From positions 45,694,001-45,758,000 of the forward strand of contig NC_043000.1 of the NCBI RefSeq assembly GCF_006345805.1: a DNA stretch of 64,000 nucleotides. The letters run 5' to 3'. A model generated the notes under the pieces. It saw only the letters and a program-made list of their open reading frames with translations. It made no database searches and was not told the origin of the DNA. The position numbers and the translations under genes were made by a program. This document shows, piece after piece, positions 1 through 13,643 of the stretch. The stretch is from Octopus sinensis (Eukaryota). The number at the start of each line of letters is the position of its first letter. Positions within the stretch are counted from its first letter, which is position 1.

Positions 1-1014
1 AAACTTATATGTCTTCTTTGGTAATTCAGTAAAATAAGGAACAGACAGGTACTTGGGTTGATTTAATTACCTACTCACCTCTCCTACAAATTTGTGGATT
101 ACTGCCAATAAAGGAAATCAGTGTTACTTTAAATCATGTACAATAACTCTTACACCTTTACAGAGCATATGCTTTCAACTTCAATAACAATTTAACTTGT
201 GTGGATAACAATGAAATTGAATTATTCACATATAACTTATTGAACTGAAAATAAAACTATTCAGCATTTTGTCACAAATAGTAATCATACATACTATCTT
301 GTTAACTTTAATTCCTGTTTTATATATACCTGAACTGGTTGACACATTGCCAAATTGAGGTGCTAACTGCTTTACAGGGCAGCAGTGCAACCATTGTTGT
401 AACAACTAGAACTTATGGTTTTTCTAAGACTTGGAATGGGTTTTCTGGTTTATGCCAGGAACTATGAAGTATTATGCTCCAAATCAAATTTTAATTTTTG
501 GTTGGAACATTTTAGGAATATAATAATGCCTAAATTTTGCAAATGTCATTTGCAATTTATTCTTCTGAAGTTGAACTTTGTCCAATCATCTTAAAATTTA
601 GGAAGCTACTGTGCCAGTTCTACCTCTACGGTTTTAATTCCTGTGAGCGATTTTATATTGCAAATCTTTCATTTTGGTTTGTTCTATAAAATAGAAATAC
701 AAACAACAGAATATTTTGTGGGGTATATGTCTGTGATCTCATAAATTAATAAAATGTAAGAAAAATCTGTAAATATTTGCTTAATAAATTTGCTGTATTG
801 TTTTTGACAGACATAAATATGAATGGCTGAACAAGTTTCATTGTGTAAATATGTAATTTTTATTAATATTAACATCGATATAGCTGGGTAGTTGCAAAGT
901 CTATTTCAAAACCATCTGGTCTTGGGAAAGTTAGAGAAAATCTTTTCTAATATAATCACAGACTGATTAACACCTTATAAGTGAAATTAGTTAATGGACA
1001 TTGTATGAAAGCAC

Positions 1015-1016
<2 letters not shown>

Positions 1017-1075
<59 letters not shown>

Positions 1076-1114
1076 TGTGTGTGTGCGTGTGTGTGTGCGT
1101 GTGTGTGTGTGTGT
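1017..1114. repeat. (GT)n microsatellite
   Basis: Direct dinucleotide repeat; explains the His/Thr ORF at 991-1197. Confidence 0.98.
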
Positions 1115-1871
1115 AATTTTATGATGATGGTTGTCTGCTCATGACTGAGGAAGATCACCCCTGACCATTGCACATGCAAAATGCCAGCAATGCCCATGCA
1201 TTAGGTTATTGCACCAACAGTCAACGTTACCTAGGTACATGTCTGCAGCTTCCATGCTTGCTGCAGTATCTTCCTACTTGACCAGGCATCAGTTACTCAC
1301 TACCTAAAATTTTAGGTCCAATAAGGCTTGCACAACAACTCACAGACCCTCTCCATCTTACTGATTTAATTCAGACACAAACCAAAACAAGATATCCAAT
1401 GCCAATATGGGTCACTGGCTCAGGAATGTGGGTGCAACATAATCTCAAGAGAAAGCAAAAGATTCCCAAAATGCTGTATACCATTCTTTGCATATCTGGT
1501 TTTATACCAGTGACATTTTCTTAAAGACATACAAAATTTAAGGGGTGCCTCACTCTCAGTGGTCTTCCAGCATGACAGATACCAACACAGAATTTCTGAA
1601 GACCTGTGCTATTGCTAGATTATCGTTGAATTTACACTAGATTCATCCATCCTTTTGACAAATCATGTTTTTAGTCCTGCTGGTTTCTAGCAACCCTCCT
1701 CAGCAGGTAAGCCTAGTGGGGTGCCTCACATTCAGCAGCACTCATGAAAGACCTCACAAGTGATGCCACTATTATATATATATATATATATACACACACA
1801 CATATATATATATGTATGAATATGTATATCTAAATGTATATACATTACCATGCATATATGTGTGTGTGTTA

Positions 1872-2330
1872 AATAAAATGAGACGACAAAGCCAGTGTGA
1901 AATTTCTAGGACATTTATAAAGAGAAACGTAGTCTTACAGCTGTTTCAGGGATATAAACGATATCCCATCATCAGAGACGATATTAGAGAGTTAAATAGA
2001 AGGAAATGGTAGAGTTCAATATAAGAAGTTATTTTGGAAAGGTAGAGATATAAGAAATATAAAGGAAAGTATGAGAATAAAAAAATATGTGCTGGATGTT
2101 AAAGTTGCTGTTCCATTATCCAAGGAAAGTGCTGTGTAGAATGGGTAAAGAGGTTTCTTGTCCATGGTATGCAAAATTCCAATAGAAGTCCATATTCTAG
2201 TTATTACAAATGGATAGTGTTTGGATATAAATTCCATGTGCCATTCATTCAAAGGGATCTTGTAGTGTAAATGAGATTTTGAGAATATACTGGTAGGGGG
2301 AAATAGATAGAGAGAAGAGGATACATAATT
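1872..2330 (-). mobile_element. Penelope-like element 3' remnant (pLTR) carrying a hammerhead ribozyme
   Basis: Minus strand reads pyrimidine-rich stretch, then hammerhead motif, then a short tail ending at a (CA)/(TA) microsatellite, the usual layout of a PLE terminus. No intact ORF. Confidence 0.55.
1932..1979 (-). ncRNA. Type I hammerhead ribozyme, intact core
   Basis: Minus strand: GUCU-CUGAUGA-U-GGGAUAU-cguuu-AUAUCCC-U-GAAAC-AGCU-GUA-AGAC. Stem I 4 bp, stem II 7 bp, palindromic ACAGCUGU helix III. Confidence 0.8.
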
Positions 2331-2417
2331 ATGTTAGAGGGAAGAAAAATGGTATTAGTAAAAAAATATTAGAGGAGGAAAGAAGAAAGAAAGAAAACAA
2401 GAGGAAGAGAGAAAAGA

Positions 2418-2540
2418 AGTGCTAGATGGTGGTCAAGATATTGTGAGGGGTGGGGAGGGGAAAGCTATCAGTAGATAAAAGTAATAGAAGGGATAGAAGG
2501 AAGAGATAAGAATGTAATATCTTGACCACCATCTAGCACT
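2418..2540. repeat. Perfect 25-bp inverted repeat with 73-nt spacer
   Basis: AGTGCTAGATGGTGGTCAAGATATT (2418-2442) is the exact reverse complement of 2516-2540. Confidence 0.95.
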
Positions 2541-3276
2541 CCTTTTTCCTTTTCTCTTCCTCTATCTTTATACATATATATATATGTATAAAATGGTGGT
2601 GCCCCAGCATGGCCACAGCTCATTAGCTGAAACTGGAAAAATAAAAAAAAATAAAATATGTGTGTGTGCGTGTGTGTATATATACATATATACATACGTA
2701 TATATATATATATATATTTATATATACATACACAGTTTATGTATGTATTTGTGCCTGTGTGTACATTGGCCATGCACATGTATTGGTGTTTGTTCTCATG
2801 TGTCTCTCAATTCATGTATTTTGAGCAAAGGTGAGATCGTTTGTTTACAACTCTCATAAACAATATCTGCCGAAGCTCACCAGTTTTGATGTATGGAACA
2901 AAAAAGAAATGTATTTTACTTGAAAAAGAAAGAAAGCAAGAGTTGGTGACAGGATAAGTTTTGTTCAACTCTTGCCAGCAGAGAAAAGCAGACATAAAAA
3001 TTACACTGAGGATTATAATAACAGTGATTATAACTATGAGAGCTACGAGAAGAAAAATCTAAAGTATTTGATGCTAATTCTTTTCTGGAATTTATTTCAG
3101 TACATTGTTCTAATGTATTTATGTATAGTTATGTTGAACTGAATACTTTGCCGATAAATGCATCAGTTTCTAATTGAAATTTTAGATTTTATTTCTTTGT
3201 AATGATGGGTGATTAGTAAAAGCCATAGTCATTACTTGCAAATGGACATGGCTTAGTAGCATGTAAATGATATAAT

Positions 3277-3525
3277 AAATTCACCCTTTTAAAGCTTAGC
3301 CAGGCTCATGGGCCCAGTTTCCTGGTTTCTATGGTGTATGTGTTCCCCAGTTGGATGAGACACCAGTCCATTGTAGTGTTACTCATTTTTGCCAGCTGAG
3401 TAGACTGGAGCAACGTGAAATGAAGTGTTTTGCTCAAGAACACAATGCGTCACCCTGTCCAGGAATCGAAACCACAATCTTACGATCATGGTGCTGACAC
3501 CCTAACCACTAAGCCATGCACATCC
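3277..3525 (-). mobile_element. tRNA-derived SINE (CORE-like body) with 14-bp target-site duplication
   Basis: Minus-strand head has box A (TGGCTTAGTGG) and box B (GGTTTCGATTCC). CTTAGTAGCATGTA occurs at 3252-3265 and 3527-3540. Confidence 0.85.
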
Positions 3526-3681
3526 ACTTAGTAGCATGTACAATACTTTAATTGTTTTAAGTGCTTATGTAGCCATGACCAAATATAAACACCTTTTTGG
3601 CCCTCCTACTGTTCACCCAACCTAACATCTATCATGTAACAGTTGGTGAGAGGAATAGGAGGAGGGGCTGTATCAGCAGTA

Positions 3682-3812
3682 GGCTAGTACTCATTTTTGG
3701 CTGAACAGGCAAAATGATGTGCCTTGCTCAAGGTCTCAGTACATCACCTAGTCCAAGAATCAAACCCATAATCTAATGATCATGAGTCCAACACTCTAAC
3801 CACTAATGGCAC
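3682..3812 (-). mobile_element. Degenerate tRNA-derived SINE head, same family as 3277-3525
   Basis: Aligns by eye to 3400-3520. Confidence 0.65.
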
Positions 3813-5997
3813 ACTTATTTACAAGATTATTTAGTTTCAATGGTCAGTATGTTTACAATTTTTCAAAAACAAATGGTTCCATAGATGGTTCCATAGAACA
3901 AACAATGAACTGAATAAAACATAAGAAGCCCCTAATAATTTAACCTACTGCTAATTTTGTTGCTGATGTACTGTAATAACAGCTATACCATATATGTCTA
4001 ACATTTATGCTAAAACAATCATTTTGAAAATGGATTTTGGATCCTTTATCATGTGAATTTGCATATGTCATTTATTTCTGTTTGGGCTTTTGTTGCTGTT
4101 AAACAGAGAGCATGATTTCAATACATAGTGTTTTATTCCTGTTCTGACATTAAAAGTTGCAACATTTTGACTAATAATATATTCACTCAATTTTAAGAAA
4201 TCCATCTCACTCTCTAGCAATTTCAACAACTGAATGAGCAGAATCTATTTCGCTTTACACTAAATTGTAATTGAATGGTCAATATGTTTCGACAGATTTT
4301 TTTAAACAACATATGTTTGCAAGATACTTAAAAGTGCTTGTGAATAAGAATGCAAATTGATAGCCCAAGCAGCTGAAATCAAATCCATGTATTATTTGTT
4401 GGCAGCCCTGTGTTATTCTCATGATATTATGAGCTTGAATGAATTAGATGAAGTTCTCTAGTTTCGGAGTCAAAAGTCTAAGGAGAAATGTTGTAATTGA
4501 ATCTCAGTCACTGCCTAAAACTATAAAATGGTACAATCGTAAAGCATAGAGAAATACAGATGCATAAGAATACAAAAATTTCACTCACTGCTTAGATATA
4601 AGAGCTTCACATAAAAATGAGCATGGCTAGAATAGGTATATGGATCATTACAATGAGATTTGCATAGCTTCTTGCTTTTTATTCACGTTCCTAATTACCC
4701 TATACTTCTACACGACACTGAATAAAAACTGGATAGTAAGTGTATATATATTACTTCCTCTTTGTAGATTTAGCAGCAAAGTTTCCCTAAAATCTTACTC
4801 TACCACTCAATGATGCAGTAATAAAAGGAAAATGGAAGGAAATAACCAGAGAAAGACATTTTATCAGAGCCCTTCTCAGTCAAGGTTAAATAGTAACAGT
4901 TAACTAACTAGAGAGCTTCTATTTGGTCCCTTTGTCAACATAAAATAGTAACTAAATCCTCCTCAAATAAGACTTTAGGAAAGTGTGTTTAAAGTGGATT
5001 ATGTATTTGATCTGCAAAAAACAAAAGAAAAAAAGGGATGGATATTCAAGGCTAGAATTCTTTGATCAAAGGTCTGTTGTATGAGAAATGATCAGTGAGG
5101 GAAAAACAACAGCATTTTGCTTAAGAAATATAAATATAAAAATTACTATATTGATACATAAAGAAATACTAATCCATAAATCATTTCAAATTTCTTTTCT
5201 AATTCCAGGAATAAAAAGAATTCCCCATGTACTATAAAAAGACAAAGAAAAGAAAACTAGTATTTGTTACATGAAATATTACAAAGACTTTCAGAAAAGG
5301 AAAATTACGTAAACATGGATTGTTCCAAAATTGCTTAACCAAATACTTTTTAAAATAATATTTTCTCCAAAATGTTTATTTTATTTATTCATTTTTCTAT
5401 TAATCAGTTTGAGTTCTGGGATTCGTATTTAGGAATTTTTATGAAAATGTTTGTCTTTTAAAATTTATCTAAAAAAAGATGCATCAAATTGCTGCTTTTC
5501 CCCCTTCTTTCTTATTGCAAATAAATCTAAATTCGCTGTTTTGTAGCTGTGCAGTTTTAGAATCATCCATATTTTATAGGGATCCTATATATGTGTGTAT
5601 GTAGTGTGTGATGATATTATTTTAATGTCATTTTCTTTAAATCAAAAGTCCTTATATTAAGTTTGACATATCAGAAGTATAGGAATAGCATTTTTTTAAA
5701 TATATTCTCTTCAAAATTTCTTTCTCAAGATTTCTTTTTACATTTTCTTAGATTCGGTATGTTTATTTGCTAAGAAAAAAAATTTCAACAATCTTTTTTT
5801 TTTATAATTTGATATGCATTTCTCTGATTCTTTAACATCTACATTCACAGATAGTTGTATGCATATACATTACTTTGAAACATTTCTATGAGAGCTTGTA
5901 TGAAGAATGTGAGCATTGACTGAACACAACAAATGCATTGTTTATATCTGCTTCTGTAGAAATGCATGTATATTCAAAACACTACACATATATGTAC

Positions 5998-6035
<38 letters not shown>

Positions 6036-6449
6036 TATATGCATATATGCTTTCTTAAATATATATATATATATATGCATATATGCATGTGTAAGTATTT
6101 GCGTGTGTGTATGTGTCTGTAGATGGTGCTTGTGTGTGTTTCTGCTGCTCAAGTTTTCCATTGTATGTAGAGATATTTGATATTTGGCAACTTTGAAATT
6201 TCTCTTGGAATGTTTCAAAATGTTTTTCTTTTATTAATACATTTATTGCATAGACTCTGCCATTAGAGCAGAAATTTCTACTCTCTAAGCTGATTTAACA
6301 ACATACAGGTCCATACACACGCACATACCACAAACACAAACTCCACTCACATGCATACAAACACTGATAAATTTTTTTGCTCCCCTGAACTGATACACAT
6401 CACATTATACATACTTATATTTGTGTGTGTATGCATACACACGTACACA

Positions 6450-6517
6450 AATATATACACATACATATGCATATACATACATACATACATACATACATAC
6501 ATACATACATACATACA

Positions 6518-6548
<31 letters not shown>
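6450..6548. repeat. (TACA)n microsatellite; similar tracts at about 8860-8925, 9195-9250, 43340-43510, 49510-49638 and 50388-50443
   Basis: Direct tetranucleotide repeats; source of the MYVC/HTYI ORFs. Confidence 0.97.
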
Positions 6549-6552
<4 letters not shown>

Positions 6553-6924
6553 TGGTATGAATTAATATTTAAGATTTTTTTAAAGAGTTTCTGCAACAAA
6601 AATATCCAACTGAAATCATTTGCATATATTTTATATATTTTGAAGAAGCACAAAGGATATAAACTTTAGTTTTTATTGTCTTTCAAAAATATTAGAATGT
6701 ATTTCTTCAAATAAAATGTTATATATTCAGATATTGCAGAAATCATAATATTCCTCCCCTCTAACATGTTAACTAGTTCACTGAACTGTCAGTGATATTT
6801 TGAAACTTATTCTATTTTCTAAGTTTTTCATTAATGTGTTATTGTGATGTATGGGAGAACATTCTGAATATTTGATTTTTTTTTTCCTAAATCTCAAAGG
6901 CAAATAAAATTAAATTGCATATAT

Positions 6925-6996
<72 letters not shown>

Positions 6997-7437
6997 CACA
7001 CACATATATATGTGTATATATAGATATATATCCGTGTGTGTGTGTATGTATTTGTGTTCATGTATGTGTATATATAGAGTAACAGTAAAAGAAACCTATA
7101 TTTTGATACGTGATCCATTATGATACCATATTTGGTAGACATCATCTTGATGGGTTTTTAAGTCTTCCACTACCACACAGATGTTTTAATTAGTATTTTA
7201 GTCTAGCCAATAGCCTCTAATAAACCCACATTTTCATCTGGTTTCCCCTGTTCTCTCGTTCCTATTCCCTCTAATTTTACTTCCTTCGTATTTTCATCTA
7301 GTCCGTATGCTCTGTGCCACATAAACTTATATCTATTTTTCATTTCTTTCTGAAAGATTCTTTTACACAAAACCTCAATACTCTTATTTCCTTATATAAT
7401 ACAAACCTATACAAATTTATGAATATAATCAGTATCA

Positions 7438-7681
7438 GTGAAGGCACATAACCTAGTGGTTAGGGCGTTGAACTCATGATCTTATGAGTGTGAGTTCAAT
7501 TCTTGGACTGGCTGGGTGCATGGTTCCTGAACAAAATATTTCATTTTGCGTTGATCCAGTTCACTGAGCTGTAAACGAGTAACTTTGCAATGAACTGGCA
7601 TCCCATTCGGGAGGAATATTGCAACCTCTACCCCCAGTATGACATGGAAACTGGTCCTATGAAACCCAGTACTTGAGCCAG
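7438..7681 (+). mobile_element. tRNA-derived SINE, same family as 3277-3525
   Basis: Box A-like CCTAGTGGTTAGGG and box B-like GAGTTCAATTC, followed by the CORE-like body. Confidence 0.75.
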
Positions 7682-7697
7682 TAACATCAGGTGGGGG

Positions 7698-7940
7698 TTG
7701 TTGTTGTTGTTGATGATGATAATGACATCGATGATGACAATGATGATGATAATGATGAAGATGATGATGAGAAGGAGGAGGGGGAAGGACAACAACAATG
7801 ATGATGACGACATTGATGATGACGACGATGATGACAATGATGATGTTGTTGATAATGATGATGATGCGGAGGATGAGGGTGATGATGATGATGATGATGA
7901 TGATGAGGATGATGATGATGATGATGATGAGGAGGAGGAG
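7698..7940. repeat. Compound (GTT)(GAT/GAC)(GAG) trinucleotide microsatellite
   Basis: Direct repeats; explains the poly-Asp/Met/Ser/His ORFs. Confidence 0.95.
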
Positions 7941-8218
7941 AGGGTCTTTTTCCCTTCCATTTAGACTTGATCAAGATGAAGAAAGACACCTGCACATAGG
8001 AAAGACATCTGTACACAGCTGCAGTTTATCTTATTATCATAGTTGAGTCTTTCTGTCAAAGGGAACTAACTGCAGTGAAGACGTTACATCTTTTGCCTGT
8101 CACTTATGCTTCAGATCATGCAGATCTGCAGCAGAATTGAATAGTCATCTGAGGGGTCATAGATGTAAAGTTAGAAATGTCAATGGCAACAAGGAAGTAC
8201 AAGGAAACTACACACACA

Positions 8219-8435
8219 CAGGAATATGCTGAAAAGTTCCTGGTTTTAGGTGAAAGAAAATACAAGAGGATCATTTAATTATGATTTTATTCAACATATT
8301 CCCCTCTCCGATTCACACACTTATTGCAGTGGTCCTTCAGTTTTTCTAAGCCCTGTAAAAGAACTTGGAAGGTTGGGCCGCCAACCAGGCCCTTCACAAT
8401 ACCCTTAAAGCTAGGAACTTTTCGATACCCTCTTG
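8219..8435 (-). mobile_element. 217-bp mariner-derived MITE
   Basis: TIRs (TGCTGAAAAGTTCCTGG / CTAGGAACTTTTCGATACC), 3' TA at 8436-8437, and transposase C-terminal tail GLEKLKDHCNKCVNRRGEYVE* on the minus strand. Confidence 0.8.
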
Positions 8436-8880
8436 TACATGCATACATATTTATGTATTTACACACATACATGTGTACATGCATACATGAATACATACAT
8501 ACATAAAGCTGAAGATCAGGGAAAAAGGAAACACCTACGCTGAACTATTGAGAAATCTGCAGTTACTTTATCCAGATGACAAAGTCAGGTTTATACCTGT
8601 AATTATTGGGGCCCTGGAATATGTAACACGCTGCCTAAATAAGGCTTCTCAAAATCAGAAAGACTACAGATCTAATCCATCACTGAAACTGTAAAAATCT
8701 GTAAAACTTTCCCGAAGTTTATCATTTAAATATATATGAGCAAGTTTAGACATGCAACTATATGCATGAGAATACATACATAAGGCAAAACATACAAACC
8801 TGCACATATATATGCATACATGCATACATACATACTTGTGTACATACATAAATACATACATGTGTACATACATACATACA

Positions 8881-8914
<34 letters not shown>

Positions 8915-9699
8915 CATACATACAAACAAAAATACCCTGTTGTTAATGTTGAAATTTCAATGAAGGAGGCTTGGATCTGGGTTAGAAACCAACTCTTTCT
9001 CTATTGGCAAGAAATCTTGAAATAAAACTGAACAATCATACATGCATACATACATACATAGATACATTATTATGGCTGCCCCCTCGTTATCGAGTATGGC
9101 CATTGCACAAAGCTTAACAGTTACTGGTGCTGTGATCGAATGTGACTTTTTAGCCCAGCTATAGTTCTACAAAGTCTTGTAGAGAATTGGCAACATACAT
9201 ACATACAAACATACATACATACATACATACATACATACATACATACATACACATGTTATCATCATCATCACCATTTATATCCATTTTCCATGCTGGTATT
9301 GGTTGAACAGCTTGACAAAATCCGACAAATTGGAGAACCACACCATGTTCCTGGGTCTTGGGTTTTTAGTTTCTATGGTTGGATGCACTTCCTAATGCTA
9401 GTCACATTACTGAGAGTACTGGATGCTTTTCTTTGTGTGCCTCAAGGAGCAGCGAGACCATATTGCAACTAGCAACACCAATGTGCTAAGGAGTGCTTTG
9501 TGACATAAAGCAGAGAGAGAATGATGAGTTTTGGCGTGATGCGATGGCTAAGGTATAATGAGAAGAAACATATTTATTGTGATTAGTCCTGGAGTAGGTT
9601 ATGTGTTTGCGGCTGGGGAATCCAGTGCTTTCCCAAATATATGAACAGAAAACATGAGAGAAGGTAACGTAAGAAAGATATAAGGGCAGTGAGAATCTG

Positions 9700-10265
9700 T
9701 TAGGTTGTCCGGAAAGTTCATGCCGATTTATAGTAGCTTACTTTTCAACTTATTTTAGAACATGGTTAAGTCCATAAAATAGGATTTGACTACACCTCCA
9801 TTTAGAGCACAGTTTAAGCTATCTTTTCGTGGAAGAAGGTTTATGTTCCTATAACCTGTGTTAATTCTGTAACCCTTTAAAATCGAAGATGAGAAAGTTC
9901 ATTTTCGGCACTTGATGATTTGGGAACCAGACAAAAATTGCTGCAGCTTGGCTGGGATGTGTTACCCCACCCTCCATATTCACCAAATATTGCTCCTTCA
10001 GATTTCCACTTATTCAGGTCTCTGCAGAATAGTCCTAATTGTAAAAATTTCAATTCCTTGGATGACATAAAAAGATGCCTTGATGAATTCTTTGCCATGA
10101 AACCACCTCAATTCTGGGAAGAGGGTATTTTCAAGTTAAAGGAAAGATGGAGACACATTGTGCAACAACATGGTTCATATTTGGTTGATTAAAAATGTAA
10201 TGGCACGTATTTATTGACCTTTTTCTTTCCTTTAAAAATCAGCACGGACTTTCCAGACAACCCAA
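9700..10265 (+). mobile_element. Internally deleted mariner (DD34D) transposon
   Basis: ~30-bp TIRs (TTAGGTTGTCCGGAAAGTTC / GACTTTCCAGACAACCCAA) with TA at the right end. N-terminal EDEKVHFRHLM is joined to C-terminal GTRQKLLQLGWDVLPHPPYSPNIAPSDFHLFRSLQ (ORF 9920-10192). Confidence 0.95.
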
Positions 10266-11397
10266 TAGAATGTGTCATGTTATAGAAATAAAAAGAGGTG
10301 TTGGTTATCATTGAGGTGAGCCACAGAAGGAAATTTGAGAGGATTAGGTTTAAGATGGCAGAGAAGCTGTGGGGAGAGGGCAGTAAGAAAAAGAGAGGGT
10401 GATAGTAAGAGGTCAGAGCATAAGCTTGAGAACAGGAGGTGCAAGGGGTGCATATGCACCCCTAAAACTTTTGTCAAGCAATGAAAACACTTTGTCTATC
10501 TTGGGTTCGACCAAAGCAAATTTCATCCCCACACTTATGGACCAGTGGGTGACTGCAGCAACAAAAGTATGAATATGAGAGACAGGAGTGTACTATAAAG
10601 ATGATAGAAGAAATAGCAGAGAAAAATTATAGAGAAAATATCCTGGATGCAGAGGCAGCAGAGAGCAATAGTGAAGGCAGTGTTCTTTCTGCCATGCTTG
10701 GTGGTTTCCATATATACAGCACCTTGCCAATTATTGCTGACATTTGTCATCATTTTTGTGAAGTTTATCAGCTTTAAATCAGTTTTTATCACATATCAGT
10801 GTGTGCGTGTGTGTGTGTGTGTGTGTGCGTGCGTATGTGTGCGTTTACACCTGATTTGGTTGGTTAGCATTAATGGGCAGGTTTTCTCAAGCACTAAATG
10901 TCTCCCAGCATATGCATACATTTATATATATATTTATATTTATATGTGAATATGTGTAGGTGTGGGCGTATGTATATGTTAATTAACTTTCACATGAAAA
11001 TGACTGAAAGTCTCTTTGAAGATTTGCAAACCAAAACTTCAAATCCCCTTTCAGTCATTTCTTTGTAAAAGTTAATTATGTACTCTATTGAAAAAAATGA
11101 TTGAGTAATCTTCCAGTTTAATGTTGAATTATTTCTATATACAAGCTGACACTTGCATATAGAAATATACAAACACTACTACATATGTATGTACATGTAT
11201 GTGTTTACATACATTTTTATATGTGTGTGTGTGTGTGTGTATAAATTTATATGTGTGTATACACATGAATATATATATATATATATTATCTGTATATATG
11301 TGTGTACACACATGAATATATATATATATATATGAATTATATGGATAATACCATACCAAATTCTGGTGCCTTTAACTTAAGTACCATATTCAACTGA

Positions 11398-11465
<68 letters not shown>

Positions 11466-11494
11466 GTGTGTGTGCTTGCATGAATATATATGTT

Positions 11495-11720
11495 ATATGA
11501 ATGCAACGAGCACAAAAGGAAAAGATAAGACAAAAGGGAGAAGTCTTAGCTAATGCAGTTTTAGCTTAACACTTAAAAGGAAGGCAAGAGTCTTGATGCT
11601 TCTGGGGCTGCTCCTTCATCATTTATTGCAAACTCTTTTCAAATGTTGTGGATTGTTTGTTTTGTACAGCAAAGGAAAGAACGTTTCAATGATTCAGGAA
11701 TAAGGAAGATAAAACACTTT
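11495..11720 (-). mobile_element. Old Penelope-like terminus with decayed hammerhead motif at 11591-11624
   Basis: Minus strand AUGAUGA-A-GGAG-CAG-CCCC-A-GAAGC-AUC-AAGA, followed by a tail resembling 41820-41905 and a (TA)n tract. Confidence 0.4.
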
Positions 11721-12721
11721 TCTTAATTGGGAGACTGTAAGACATTCTCTAAAACAAATAGCCGATTCAGTTTAGCTTTTATATTAAAAAGAAATTTGTG
11801 AATCAAACAATAACAAAATCAATCCTGAACTCTTTTAATGAAAATGCAATCTTAGTTGTTGCTATCAGTGCCCTAACTGAGTGCACCTATGACAAAAAGC
11901 ATTTCAATTACGATCCATTCAAATTTTGAATACCTTGGGTTATATAGTCCAGTCAATCCTTCCTTTCTTTTTTGAAGACTCTAATATGTGATTTGAGATA
12001 AATTTGCCTACTAATATTAGCCAATTAACCACCTAGAAGTTCTCTCATTGTGATACGATAACTAGTTTTAATAAATGGCTTAATGAATATAACTATGGTT
12101 CATTTTATCACAATCAGTGTAAAATTATCTTACTGTTTTATAGTTTAACTTCAGTTAATACTTAAAATTCAACAGTATAACTTTTATAATAATTTGTGGA
12201 CAAATTTACAATGTTATCCATACAAGTTTATCTTTCCCTAAATTCATTGGATAGGGATCAAGGAGGCAATAACTCCAATGTTTTTTTTTTTTTGTGATCA
12301 TTATAAGTGAAGGCAGGGTTCATAAGCATTGAATAAAATGACTAATCGATGTTGTTCCAATACTGTATGCACCAAGTTCAAATCCTATCAAAGTTAACGT
12401 TTCCTTCCATCTTTTTGGAGTTGATTAAAAAACAGCATGAGTTCAGGGTGGTAGACTAGCAGAACTGTTAGAAGACTCAGCAAGTTGCCTTTTTAATATT
12501 TCTTCTGGCTCTTTGCATTCTGATTGCAACACTTCAAAGACACAACTTCAAAGCAGTTCCAGCTCCAATCAGTAGTGTTTTCTTTGGTTAAACATGGACA
12601 TAGGGTGGATAAGGGAGGAAGTCACATGCACAGGCAACTACCAATCCACTTCAAAAATCTTTACCTAGATTTGCACTTACATTAGTACATTTCCAGTGTT
12701 AGAAGCTGTGCAAAGACAATA

Positions 12722-12763
<42 letters not shown>

Positions 12764-12782
12764 TAATAATAATAATGATGAT

Positions 12783-13510
12783 GAAAACTGGAATTGGAGG
12801 CTTTAATCTGTGCTGCCCAAGAACAAGCATTAAGAACCAATTACATCAAATACAAAATAGACAACACATCAGAAAGTGATAAGTGCAAGATTTGTGGACA
12901 AAATGCTGAAACCATATGGCATATTACCAGTCATTGTACACCACTAACCCAAAAAGAATATGAGACATCAGGACAATATAGCAAGGATTGTCTATTGGAC
13001 ACATTGCAACAAGTATGGACTCGACAGAGCAAAAAAGTGGTATGAACATAAACATGAAGGCATTATTGAAAGTGATAACACAAAGATCCTATGGGATTTT
13101 ATGATTCAGTGTGACTGTGAGATAGAGAATAGGAAACCGGACATAGTGTTAATTGAGAAAGAAACCAAACTATGCTGGATCATAGATATAGCATGCCCAG
13201 CTGACAACACAGAATGCAATAAGGAAGAAAAAAGCTGATAGATATGACAGATTAGCTTGGGAGGTTATGCAGTTGTGGTCACTGTAAAAGGTGGTAGTAG
13301 TATCAATAACTGTCGGAGCCCTGAAAACAGTGATTAAAAATCTTGAGAAGTATATGGAACAAATAGGGTTTGCAATAAGGGTGGAGCACTTGCAGAAAAC
13401 AGCACTGATTGGAACCGCTCAAATAGTCTGGATGGTGCTAAAAAAATAAGGGTGTGAACAGCCGACACTGTAGTATATCTCCAACATTAAAAACTGTGAA
13501 AAGACAATGA
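12783..13510 (+). mobile_element. 5'-truncated R4/Dong-clade non-LTR retrotransposon (CCHC knuckle and RLE endonuclease), frameshifted
   Basis: EALICAAQEQALRTNY...CKICGQNAETIWHITSHC...ILWDF...NRKPDIVLI...IIDIACP. Bordered by (AAT)n upstream and (TAC)n downstream. Confidence 0.9.
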
Positions 13511-13561
13511 AATACTACTACTACTACTACTACTACTACTATACTACTACTACTACTACTG

Positions 13562-13596
<35 letters not shown>

Positions 13597-13643
13597 ACTA
13601 CTACTACTACTACTACTACTACTAATAATAATAATAATAATAA

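Noticed and set aside
79-83. 5-nt microexon TAG|GAGAG|GTGAGT on the minus strand; similar sites near 42976, 43096, 38939-38946 and 42598-42608
   Set aside because: They lie in SINE or microsatellite sequence or do not fit a frame, and they show how often such sites arise by chance.
330-683. Minus-strand exon with good acceptor and CAG|GTATAT donor, encoding MVALLPCKAVSTSIWQCVNQF
   Set aside because: All frames from the acceptor stop early; it would need to be a mostly UTR exon, which nothing else supports.
8955-8998. TCAATGAAGGAGG...AGAAACCAACTC as a hammerhead remnant
   Set aside because: Too many core and stem deviations to support from this copy alone.
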